Below, in pieces: positions 1-8,741 of a DNA stretch of 64,000 bases. How positions within the stretch are numbered: the stretch's first letter is position 1; the number at the start of each line of letters is the position of its first letter. The DNA is taken from the NCBI GenBank assembly GCA_965248055.1, contig CBDFIJ010000004.1:960001-1024000 (forward strand), given 5' to 3'. The notes under the pieces were generated by a model. That model was not told where the DNA came from and did no database searches. It worked only from the letters and a program-made list of their open reading frames with translations. This DNA comes from Candidatus Multivoradales bacterium. GTDB lineage: Bacteria > Acidobacteriota > Thermoanaerobaculia > Multivoradales > JAHEKO01. Both the position numbers and the translations under genes were made by a program.

Positions 1-606
1 TTGGACCAACGCATTGGGCCAAAGTTCCTGCACCCGGGCCCAGGATATGGTGGCTCCTGCTTTCCCAAGGACTCCAGCGCCCTGGCGCAGATCGCTCGCG
101 ACCAAGGCTTGACGTTTCAGATCATGGAATCGGTGATCGACGTCAATGAGCGCACCAAACAGCGCATGGTCGACAAGGTTAGCCAGACCGCGGGCGATCT
201 CTCTGGCAAGACGGTGGCCCTGCTGGGTTTGTCGTTCAAACCGGAAACCGACGACATCCGAGAGTCACCAGCGCTGACCTTGATCGACGGGTTACAAGAG
301 TTGGGGGCCGAGATTCGTGCTTTCGATCCTGTTTCGATGGCAGCGACCAAGCTCCTCAAGCCTGATCTGACCTACGTCGAAGATGCCTACCAAGCGGTGA
401 CCGGCGCCGACGTCGCGGTGATCGTCACCGAGTGGAACCAGTTTCGCGCCTTGGACCTGGGCCGGGTGCGCGATCTGATGGCATCTCCGATCTTGGTCGA
501 TCTACGCAATATTTACCAACCGAGCCAAATCCGAGAGGCCGGATTTGTCTATGAATCGATTGGCCGTCCAGATCCCAAGGGGTCGGACCCGGAGGAGAAA
601 TCTTGA
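1..606 (+). CDS. ugd: UDP-glucose/GDP-mannose dehydrogenase, C-terminal part (5' truncated by window)
   Basis: [12 protein letters not shown] catalytic motif; [16 protein letters not shown]; TEWNQF..DLRN. Confidence 0.95.
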   Translation: MDQRIGPKFLHPGPGYGGSCFPKDSSALAQIARDQGLTFQIMESVIDVNERTKQRMVDKVSQTAGDLSGKTVALLGLSFKPETDDIRESPALTLIDGLQELGAEIRAFDPVSMAATKLLKPDLTYVEDAYQAVTGADVAVIVTEWNQFRALDLGRVRDLMASPILVDLRNIYQPSQIREAGFVYESIGRPDPKGSDPEEKS

Positions 607-1538
607 CTGTTTCTGTAGTTACCGGAGCCGCCGGTTTTCTTGGCTCACACCTCACCGATCGTCTCCTGGCCGCTGGCCACCAGGTGATCGGCATCGACAA
701 TCTCATCACCGGCAACATGGCCAATTTGGCTCATCTGGAGGGCGACGATCGGTTCCGATTTATCGAGCATGACGTCAGCACCTTCATCAACGTCGAGGGC
801 CCGGTCGACAACATCTTGCACTTCGCTTCACCAGCGAGTCCCATCGACTACTTGGAACTGCCGATTCAGACTCTAAAGGTGGGATCGCTGGGCACTCACA
901 ACTCGCTGGGATTAGCGCGAGCCAAGGGCGCCCGATTCTTGCTCGCGTCGACCTCAGAAGTGTATGGCGACCCGCTCGTTCACCCGCAGCCGGAAAGCTA
1001 TTGGGGCAACGTCAACCCGGTAGGACCTCGCGGCGTCTACGACGAGGCCAAACGTTTCGGTGAAGCGATCACCATGGCTTACCATCGAGTGCACGGCGTG
1101 GAAGCACGAATCGTACGTATTTTCAACACCTACGGACCGCGCATGCGGCCCAATGACGGACGCGTGGTCCCCGCATTCGTGGATCAAGCACTCGACGGAC
1201 AGCCGATCACGGTGTTCGGCGACGGCAGCCAAACTCGATCCTTCTGCTATGTCGCCGATTTGATTGAAGGCATCTTGCGACTGCTGCAGAGCGAGATCGC
1301 CAGCCCGGTCAACATTGGCAACCCCAGAGAAATGACGATTCTCGAGTTTGCCAATTCCATCGTCGACGCCATTGGTAGCGACAGTAGGATTGTTTTCAAG
1401 CCACTACCGATCGACGATCCGAAGGTCCGGCGTCCGGACATTTCCAAAGCACGGCGGAGGCTTGATTGGCAGCCCCAGGTCGACTTCGAGGACGGCATCG
1501 CCACCACCATTGACTACTTCCGTTCTCTACGAGCCTGA
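603..1538 (+). CDS. UDP-glucuronate decarboxylase / NAD-dependent epimerase-dehydratase (extended SDR)
   Basis: [11 protein letters not shown] Rossmann motif, [32 protein letters not shown]; overlaps ugd stop. Confidence 0.92.
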   Translation: MTVSVVTGAAGFLGSHLTDRLLAAGHQVIGIDNLITGNMANLAHLEGDDRFRFIEHDVSTFINVEGPVDNILHFASPASPIDYLELPIQTLKVGSLGTHNSLGLARAKGARFLLASTSEVYGDPLVHPQPESYWGNVNPVGPRGVYDEAKRFGEAITMAYHRVHGVEARIVRIFNTYGPRMRPNDGRVVPAFVDQALDGQPITVFGDGSQTRSFCYVADLIEGILRLLQSEIASPVNIGNPREMTILEFANSIVDAIGSDSRIVFKPLPIDDPKVRRPDISKARRRLDWQPQVDFEDGIATTIDYFRSLRA

Positions 1539-1554
1539 GAGTGACCGAGCAACC

Positions 1555-1809
1555 ATGAGCACCTTTCATTGCCACCGCTGCGGCAGGCAGTCACCGCCGG
1601 CCAGCAACATCCTGCAACGGCCTGAACTCGCTTCTGAGATCGAAGCCAAAGTTTGCGCCGGTTGCTGGCACGAATGGGTCGGAGCTGAGGTCATGGTGAT
1701 CAACGAACTGCAGCTCAACTTCATGGATCCCAAAGCGCCCGAAATCTTGGAGAAAAATCTCCGCGAGTTCCTGCGCCTGGACGAACAACCACCCGAAGTT
1801 CCGAGTTGA
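1555..1809 (+). CDS. Fe(II)-trafficking / oxidative damage protection protein (YggX family)
   Basis: CxxC near N-terminus and VCAGCWHEW...VINELQLNFMDP motif; ATG at 1555 chosen instead of the track's 1348. Confidence 0.75.
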   Translation: MSTFHCHRCGRQSPPASNILQRPELASEIEAKVCAGCWHEWVGAEVMVINELQLNFMDPKAPEILEKNLREFLRLDEQPPEVPS

Positions 1810-1878
1810 GCATTCAACAAGCTTAGAGAAGCCCTCGCGCCTTCAATTTCACCGACCAGCGATGCTAGCCTGCGAGCG

Positions 1879-4722
1879 ATGACTGACCGCGACCGATCGA
1901 ACAAAACCCCGTCAGAAAGATCGTCGAAGCGATGGTTGTTTTGCGGTTGCCTGCTGTTGGTCGCCAATACCGTCTACTTGTCCCTGGACGCCAACCCGCA
2001 CCCGTTCTATTTTCTCAATTTAGTCGCCCACGTCGGGCTGGGTCTATTGCTGGTGGTACCGGCGGCGCTGTGGTGGCTGCGGCACCGCAATCGATGGACC
2101 GATTTGGCCACGGCAAGCCTGACCATTGCGCTGGTTTTGGGGCTGGCACTGGCGCAACTGGGAAACACCCAACCGCATCGGACCTTACTGATCGCCCACA
2201 TCGTTTTGGCCGCCCTGGGATTAGTTTTTCTAGCCTTGGGCTTGCACCAATTGACCCCCCCGAGCAATCCGAGGACCCTGCGCTGGGCACAAATCAGCGC
2301 TCTGGTAGTGATCCTGGCGGCGATCCTTGCGCCCTGGATTAAGAGCGCATTCCCCGGTGGCGCCACCCAGATCGTCAACCCAAGCGAAGTTCCGTTGGCC
2401 ATGGACCAAGAAGCCATGGGGGGTGCGGACGGGCCGTTCTTTCCTTCCTCGGTTCATACCAGCAACCGAGATACGGTCCCCAGCTCGGTCTACATGGGGT
2501 CCGAGTCCTGCTCGCGGTCGGGCTGTCATCCAGATGTGTTTGAACAGTGGCAGTCTTCGGCCCACCATTTCTCCAGCTTCAACAACCAGTGGTACCGCAA
2601 GTCGATCGAGTACCTGCAAGAAACTGCGGGCATTACTCCGACCAAGTGGTGCGGCGGCTGCCACGATCCGGCGCTGCTGCAGACCGGCTTGATGGACCGG
2701 CCGATTCACGAGGTGGTCGATACGCCCGAAGCGCAAGCGGGCCTCGGCTGCACCGCGTGCCACATGATTTCCAAAGTTCGCAGCACCAGCGGTCAGGGCG
2801 ACTACGAAATCACTATTCCGCCGTTGCATGACCTGGCAACCAGCGAGCAACCGGTGCTGCGTTGGATGCACGATTTCATCTTGAAATTGGATCCAGAGCC
2901 GCACCGTCGCACCTTTCTCAAACCGATCCTGCACAACGAATTTTCGGCGGAATTCTGTTCTTCCTGTCACAAGGTGCATCTCGACGTTCCGGTCAACAAC
3001 TACCGTTGGATTCGTGGATTCAACGAGTACGACAATTGGCAGGCGAGTGGCGTCTCAGGACAGGGTGCGCGTTCGTTCTACTACCCTCCTGAGCCCAAGA
3101 TGTGTCGTGACTGCCACATGCCGTTGGTCTCCTCAACAGACGCCGGCAACGACGATGGCAAAGTGCGCTCTCACCGCTTCCCCGGCGCCAATACCGCGCT
3201 CCCGGTGGCCAATCAGGACCTCGAGCAGCTACAAACAGTTGAGAAATTCCTGAGCAGCAATCAAGTCACCATCGACATTTTTGCCATGACCGAAGGGTCA
3301 CCGATCGTCGATCGCAATCCGAACGCCAAAGCGGCCCGAGAGGGCGGCGAGACCTCGAGCACTTTCGCAGTTGGTGAGGAACAAGCTTTCGCGGTGACCG
3401 CCGCGTCGACTGTTGGGCCGGTTGAAGCGATCCGTGCTCCCCTCGATCGGGTGCGGCCAACGTTGGTGCGAGGGGAATCGGTGCGCGTCGATGTGGTGGT
3501 GCGCACCCGCGGCGTCGGTCACTTCTTCCCTGGCGGAACGGTCGACGCCTATGACTGTTGGCTGGAACTGTCGGCAGTGGATGACCAGGGCAAAGTGGTG
3601 TTTTGGAGCGGACAGGCCGACCTTGAATCACCGGTCGAGTCCGGAGCTCATTTCTACCGCTCGCTGATGATTGACGAGCATGGCAACCCGATCAACAAGC
3701 GGAATGCACCGATGGCGCGGGCGGTGGTCTACGTTCGCCTAATTCCCCCTGGAGCGGCTGACACCGTACGCTTTCGACTCGACGTACCGCCGGAAGTCAG
3801 CGACCAAGTGACCTTCACCGCACGCCTCAACTACCGCAAGTTCTCCTGGTTCAATACCCACTGGGCCTACGCCGGCGAGCCGGACCCAGAATCCGTTGGC
3901 GACTTCTCCGCTGACTACGACGATCGTACCTTTCGCTTCACCGGAGACACGGCTGATGTCTCCGGAGCCTTGAAAGAGATTCCCACTTTACCGATCGTGG
4001 TGATGGCCGAAGACACGCTGTCGCTGCCAGTCGCCGACAGCGAACCTCCGAGTAACCCTGTCGCCACAGCCGAGATCGATCGCGAGCGTTGGAACGACTA
4101 CGGCATTGGTCTACTGCGCCAAGGAGACTTGCGCGCGGCAGAAATGGCATTTCTAAAGGTCACGGAACTAGAACCGACCTACGTCGACGGTTGGGTCAAC
4201 TTGGGCCGGGTGGCACTCGCCGAAGGAAACCTACCCCGGGGCTTGGAAGTCCTAGAACAAGCTCTTGAGCTAGAGCCCACGCTCGCCCGTGCTCACTACT
4301 TCAGCGGCCTGGCGACCAAGTCGCTGGGAGAGTACCCGCGAGCCCTCGACCATTTACGCACGGCTGCAGAACAATATCCGCGGGATCGAGTGGTACGCAA
4401 CCAGATCGCACGAGTTCTTTTTCTTAGCCGCGACTACGCCGCAGTGATCCCCGAGGTGAACCAAGTTCTGGCCATCGCTCCAGAAGATCTGATGGCCCAC
4501 TACACGGCGATGCTCGCCCACCGCGGCCTCGGAAACCAACAACAGTCTGAATATCACCAAGCGCGCTACGAGCGGTTCAAGGCCGATGAGTCGAGCCAAA
4601 GTCTCACCGGCGCTTACCGGGAACAACACCCCGAGGACAATAATGAACGTCTCCCGATTCATGAACACGGTTCGGTCGATCTCACCGCAATCAGTACACC
4701 AGTCGATCCACTGCCCCGCTAG
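1879..4722 (+). CDS. Membrane-anchored multiheme c-type cytochrome with C-terminal TPR repeats
   Basis: N-terminal hydrophobic helices; CGGCH, CTACH, CSSCH, CRDCH plus atypical CSRSGCH; TPR-like helices (WNDYGIGLLRQGD, GWVNLGRVAL). Confidence 0.85.
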   Translation: MTDRDRSNKTPSERSSKRWLFCGCLLLVANTVYLSLDANPHPFYFLNLVAHVGLGLLLVVPAALWWLRHRNRWTDLATASLTIALVLGLALAQLGNTQPHRTLLIAHIVLAALGLVFLALGLHQLTPPSNPRTLRWAQISALVVILAAILAPWIKSAFPGGATQIVNPSEVPLAMDQEAMGGADGPFFPSSVHTSNRDTVPSSVYMGSESCSRSGCHPDVFEQWQSSAHHFSSFNNQWYRKSIEYLQETAGITPTKWCGGCHDPALLQTGLMDRPIHEVVDTPEAQAGLGCTACHMISKVRSTSGQGDYEITIPPLHDLATSEQPVLRWMHDFILKLDPEPHRRTFLKPILHNEFSAEFCSSCHKVHLDVPVNNYRWIRGFNEYDNWQASGVSGQGARSFYYPPEPKMCRDCHMPLVSSTDAGNDDGKVRSHRFPGANTALPVANQDLEQLQTVEKFLSSNQVTIDIFAMTEGSPIVDRNPNAKAAREGGETSSTFAVGEEQAFAVTAASTVGPVEAIRAPLDRVRPTLVRGESVRVDVVVRTRGVGHFFPGGTVDAYDCWLELSAVDDQGKVVFWSGQADLESPVESGAHFYRSLMIDEHGNPINKRNAPMARAVVYVRLIPPGAADTVRFRLDVPPEVSDQVTFTARLNYRKFSWFNTHWAYAGEPDPESVGDFSADYDDRTFRFTGDTADVSGALKEIPTLPIVVMAEDTLSLPVADSEPPSNPVATAEIDRERWNDYGIGLLRQGDLRAAEMAFLKVTELEPTYVDGWVNLGRVALAEGNLPRGLEVLEQALELEPTLARAHYFSGLATKSLGEYPRALDHLRTAAEQYPRDRVVRNQIARVLFLSRDYAAVIPEVNQVLAIAPEDLMAHYTAMLAHRGLGNQQQSEYHQARYERFKADESSQSLTGAYREQHPEDNNERLPIHEHGSVDLTAISTPVDPLPR

Positions 4723-6436
4723 GGTCTCCACCAAGCTGCGGTCGGCGTGGCTTCAAAGCTGCCGACAAGCCGCTTGGGGATTGCTGATCCTGGCGTCCGC
4801 CTGCGCCCCAGCATCGCAGGAATCTGCCGAGCCAGTGGTTGACTCGACAACGACCTCTTCAGATCTTCGCTTCACCCAGGTGGTCGCCGACACCGGCATC
4901 GAATTCGTCCACAACACCGGTGCGTTCGGAGAAAAGTGGCTACCGGAAACCATGGGATCCGGCGTCATCGTCTTCGACTACGACAATGATCAGCGACCCG
5001 ACCTACTGTTTCTCAACGGTACCCGCTTTCCCGGCCGGCCGGGCAACACGGCCACGCCTAAGCTCTACCGCAATCGAGGTCCGTGGTCATTTGCTGACGT
5101 CACCATCGCGGCCGCGCTCGACTTGGACCGCTATTGCCTCGGCGGCGCCGCGGGAGATCTCGACAATGATGGCGACCAAGATCTCTACCTGACCTGTCTG
5201 GGCAACGACCTGTTGCTTGAGAATCAGGATGGTGTTTTCGCTGAGATTGGCGCCGACCACGGAATATCCCAAGACTATGAGTTCGGTTCTTCGGTCGCCC
5301 TCTTGGACGCCGACAACGACGGCCTACTCGATATCGTCGCCGCCCGCTACGTCACCTGGACCCCGGAAACCGACCTCTTCTGCACCTTGGACGGCGAGTC
5401 CAAGTCTTACTGCACTCCCGAGTCCTACCCCGGGGCCTCTCCTCGCTTCTATCGCGGCCTCGGCGAGATGCGTTTTGAGGATCAATCGAGCGCCTCCGGA
5501 ATCGCTCACCCAGATGCCAAAGCTTTGGGCATCGCCACCGCCGATTTTGACCGAGATGGTGATCTGGACATTGCGGTCGCCAGTGACACCCAGCCCAATT
5601 TGCTCTATCTGAATCAAGGAGATGGAACCTTTAAGGAGGTAGGAGTCCCATCAGGGATGGCCTTTTCTGAAACCGGCATCGCCCGTGGGGGAATGGGTAT
5701 CGACGCGGTTGACTTCGACCGCACTGGCCATCCCAGCTTGCTGATCGGCAACTTCGCCAACGAGATGGTCGGCCTGTTTCACAATGAGGGAAACTTGCTA
5801 TTTGTCGATATCGCGCCGACCACCGACCTGGGGCGCAACACCCTGCTGTCGCTGACCTTTGGCGCCTTCTTCTTCGACTTTGATCTAGACGGATGGAGTG
5901 ACGCGTTTTTTGCCAACGGACACCTTGAACCAGAGATTGAGAATGTCCAACCCAACGTCAAGTATCGGCAACCCCTGCAACTGTTTCGAAATCGCAACGG
6001 CGAGTTACAGCAAGCGCAAGACGCGGTCGCCGGAGACCTCACCAAAGCCCGGGTGGCGCGCGGAACCGCTTACGCCGATTTCGATCAGGATGGCGATCTC
6101 GACATTGTGGTTACTACCAACGGTGGCGCCCCGGCATTGTTCGAAAACCAAGGCACTGATCACGGTCATTGGCTGCGCATCGACCTGCAGGGAACTACCA
6201 GTAACCGGGACGGGGTCGGAGCTCAGATCGAAGTGACCACCGCAAATGGGACAGTGCTGCGCAAGACACGGCGCGTCGGTTCGAGCTATTTGTCGCAACC
6301 GGAATCCACCCTCACGTTTGGCCTAGGAGCCGCGCAAAAGGTCCAAGCGATTCGGGTGACCTGGCCTTCAGGCATCGAGCAAGAACTGCGAGAGGCCGAG
6401 GTAGACCAACAGTTGCTGCTGAGCGAACCGAGTTAG
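4586..6436 (+). CDS. CRTAC1 family protein (FG-GAP/VCBS repeats plus ASPIC/UnbV domain), probable lipoprotein; true start probably about 4730-4780
   Basis: PETMGSG, repeated DxDxDGxxD motifs, C-terminal NRDGVGA..SYLSQ..FGLG..VTWPSG; lipobox-like LASAC. Confidence 0.88.
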   Translation: MSRAKVSPALTGNNTPRTIMNVSRFMNTVRSISPQSVHQSIHCPARVSTKLRSAWLQSCRQAAWGLLILASACAPASQESAEPVVDSTTTSSDLRFTQVVADTGIEFVHNTGAFGEKWLPETMGSGVIVFDYDNDQRPDLLFLNGTRFPGRPGNTATPKLYRNRGPWSFADVTIAAALDLDRYCLGGAAGDLDNDGDQDLYLTCLGNDLLLENQDGVFAEIGADHGISQDYEFGSSVALLDADNDGLLDIVAARYVTWTPETDLFCTLDGESKSYCTPESYPGASPRFYRGLGEMRFEDQSSASGIAHPDAKALGIATADFDRDGDLDIAVASDTQPNLLYLNQGDGTFKEVGVPSGMAFSETGIARGGMGIDAVDFDRTGHPSLLIGNFANEMVGLFHNEGNLLFVDIAPTTDLGRNTLLSLTFGAFFFDFDLDGWSDAFFANGHLEPEIENVQPNVKYRQPLQLFRNRNGELQQAQDAVAGDLTKARVARGTAYADFDQDGDLDIVVTTNGGAPALFENQGTDHGHWLRIDLQGTTSNRDGVGAQIEVTTANGTVLRKTRRVGSSYLSQPESTLTFGLGAAQKVQAIRVTWPSGIEQELREAEVDQQLLLSEPS

Positions 6437-6451
6437 AGCTCGGGCGGGAAA

Positions 6452-7051
6452 TCAACGACGCTGCGCTTTGATGCGGCTACGCCGCAAACTGCCGGAAACC
6501 AAACCGGTTGAGTCGCCTTGCCGGGTGAACAAGAACTGCTGCTTCGGTGGCCGACCATCCAGTCCCGGTTCCACACCGCGGCCATAGCTCCAAACCTCCA
6601 AAGTCGGCTCGTTGGGCTCCGCCGAGGTTTCGTACTCAATCGAAGTCGGATCTCCATAGAGGATATAGATAGCCCCGCGGTCGGTGCGCCGCCCCAACCG
6701 GGTCCCCTCGCTAAACCTTCGATCGGCTTCCTCCGATCGTTCTTCAAAAGTCTGGCGCACACCGCCAAATAGAACACTGGCGTTGGCGTCGCGGCTGCGC
6801 CAAAACTCCTCTTCAAAGTGCGCGGCGGCCTGGTCGTCTTCCAGGGCGAGATAGAGAACGATCTCCTCGGTCGTCGCCATCCAGGAGGTGGGGCCAACCA
6901 GCCATTGCGAGTACTTCAAACCCAGCCTGGGATTGATCCAGACATGACTGGAGGGCGGCGCCTTTTCGTCCCCACGATTGCGCTTTCCCCAGGCGACACC
7001 GTGCGGCGCCAGCAGCAGAACAGTCAGGACCATGGCGGTTCTTAGTTTCAC
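6452..7051 (-). CDS. GWxTD domain-containing secreted protein
   Basis: Signal peptide; FWRSRD...ADRRF.EG..GRRTDRGAIYILYGDP...EVWSY. Confidence 0.8.
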   Translation of the reverse strand: MKLRTAMVLTVLLLAPHGVAWGKRNRGDEKAPPSSHVWINPRLGLKYSQWLVGPTSWMATTEEIVLYLALEDDQAAAHFEEEFWRSRDANASVLFGGVRQTFEERSEEADRRFSEGTRLGRRTDRGAIYILYGDPTSIEYETSAEPNEPTLEVWSYGRGVEPGLDGRPPKQQFLFTRQGDSTGLVSGSLRRSRIKAQRR

Positions 7052-7656
7052 CGTTTCTTTAACAAGTCCAAGAATTCTTCGCGCACCGGGCGGTGATGGA
7101 ATAACCCGCGCAGCGCGGAGGTCACAGTCACCGCGCCGGGCTTCTTGACCCCACGCATTTCAACACACAGATGGCGAGCTTCAATAACGATCATCGCGCC
7201 CTTGGGTTTAAGGTGGGTCATCAAATACTCCACCACCTGCTCGGTCAGGCGCTCCTGCAACTGAGGGCGCCGCGCGTAAAACTCCAGAATCCGGGCAAAC
7301 TTGGACAACCCGATGATCCGGTCACCCGGGATGTAGGCAATGTGGGCGTGTCCGTAAAAAGGAATCAAATGGTGCGAACACACTGAATAGAAGGGAATCT
7401 CCTTCTCCATCACCATGTGCTCGTAGCCCTCGTCGTTGGGGAAGGTCGTGACGCTCGGCTCCGCGTCGTGCTCCAGGCCCTGGAAGATCTCCAGGTACAT
7501 CTTGGCCACCCGGCGATCGGTATCGATCAAGTTCGGCTCGTTGAGATCGAGATCAAACTGACCCAAAATCTCGCGCACGCTTTTGGCAATCGCGCCGATT
7601 CTAGGGTCTTCTGACTTGGGGGCCTCTGACATCGCGTCTCCTTGATTGTTCGCCAT
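7048..7656 (-). CDS. folE: GTP cyclohydrolase I
   Basis: FYSVCSHHLIPF, GLSKFAR, RPQLQERLT, EARHLCVEMRGVKK; RBS GGAAGGA before ATG 7656. Confidence 0.95.
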   Translation of the reverse strand: MANNQGDAMSEAPKSEDPRIGAIAKSVREILGQFDLDLNEPNLIDTDRRVAKMYLEIFQGLEHDAEPSVTTFPNDEGYEHMVMEKEIPFYSVCSHHLIPFYGHAHIAYIPGDRIIGLSKFARILEFYARRPQLQERLTEQVVEYLMTHLKPKGAMIVIEARHLCVEMRGVKKPGAVTVTSALRGLFHHRPVREEFLDLLKKR

Positions 7657-7970
7657 CTTGATTCCTTCCAATGCAATGACTACGCCTATCGCGACAAGAT
7701 CTCCCGAAGGCTATACCAGCTAAATCGATCCACCTTCCCCTCGCCCTCAAGTTTATCCAACCACAAGGAATCGACCCCGGTGCAATCTCTGCTTCCCATT
7801 GATGTCGGCGGTTCGGGTCGAGCAAACAACTCATTGGTCGAAGAAAAAGCAAAGAACCATAGAAGCTACGGCTCGATAAAGTGCACGGATTCCAGAAGTA
7901 AGTTTTTCCTAGGCTGCTGGTAGTTCGCCCGTTTCACCTAATCGCGGTCGCCAGAGACTGCCAAAATCTG

Positions 7971-7999
7971 TTGACTCATGGTCTGGGGACGTCTAATCT
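7971..7999 (+). promoter_or_regulatory. Putative sigma70 promoter for the 51-aa ORF
   Basis: TTGACT-N17-TAATCT. Confidence 0.5.
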
Positions 8000-8075
8000 A
8001 GTTTGGACAGTAGTCAGGATTCGGAGTGTAACCGTAAGGCACTGTGCCTTTCGGAAGATTCAAGGAGAAAAGCCT

Positions 8076-8231
8076 ATGGTTAGCAGAATCTGGAGATTGT
8101 TCGGTTTTTCAGAGACCAGGAGCGTCAATAGTTGTCACGGCGTTTGCCCTCACTGCTCAACAGTCCATCACTGCACGTTGAATAGCGGCCACTATGGCGA
8201 CCATAGATGTTCGCAAGGACATACTTGGTAG
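8076..8231 (+). CDS. Small Cys/His-rich putative metal-binding peptide (51 aa)
   Basis: AAGGAG RBS before ATG 8076; MVSRIWRLFGFSETRSVNSCHGVCPHCSTVHHCTLNSGHYGDHRCSQGHTW. Confidence 0.55.
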   Translation: MVSRIWRLFGFSETRSVNSCHGVCPHCSTVHHCTLNSGHYGDHRCSQGHTW

Positions 8232-8454
8232 CAACTCCAACCACGACTGTTCCAAGCTCCTGACGCTGGGTGGCGGTCCCTGCTTGCAGCTTGAGTTTAC
8301 TTTCATCTGAAGCACGGCTGTGCTCTCAGGGCGAGTTGAGTTAGCGACCAAAGCCTGGCAACTCGATACGAGAGTGAATCGGAGTCTTGTACAATGAGGT
8401 GGTAACAGCGAGGCCAATCGCACCGCAATCAAACGAACAGAATTGAGGGAATCG

Positions 8455-8688
8455 ATGCCACACATCTCCATCCAATACTGCGTAGTCTGAAACTACCAAC
8501 CTCGAGCCGCCGGTCTGGCGGCTGAAATTACTGACGACTTTGGCATTGAGCCCGAGTTGATCAAAGGTTCTGGAGGGGTGTTCGAGGTCAATCTCGACGA
8601 CGAGCTGATCTACTCCAAGCGCACCCTGGGTCGGTTTCCGGAAGCGGGCGAGATCGCCACGATCCTCAAGCCCCGTCTCGATAGCTAG
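8455..8688 (+). CDS. Rdx (SelT/SelW/SelH) family selenoprotein, 77 aa, in-frame TGA read as Sec at 8488-8490
   Basis: MPHISIQYCVVU-NYQPRAAGLAAEI...ELIKGSGGVFEVNLDDELIYSKRTLGRFPEAGEI; GAGG RBS; not in ORF track. Confidence 0.9.
8505..8523 (+). promoter_or_regulatory. Putative bacterial SECIS hairpin
   Basis: AGCCGCC-GGTCT-GGCGGCT 7-bp stem starting 14 nt after the TGA, loop begins with G. Confidence 0.7.
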
Positions 8689-8741
8689 GCAAGCCACAGC
8701 GTAGCGGCCTCAGGCCTTGGTCCTGCCGAGGATCTGTATCT

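Noticed and set aside
8341-8697. 118-aa minus-strand ORF
   Set aside because: Antisense shadow of the Rdx selenoprotein.
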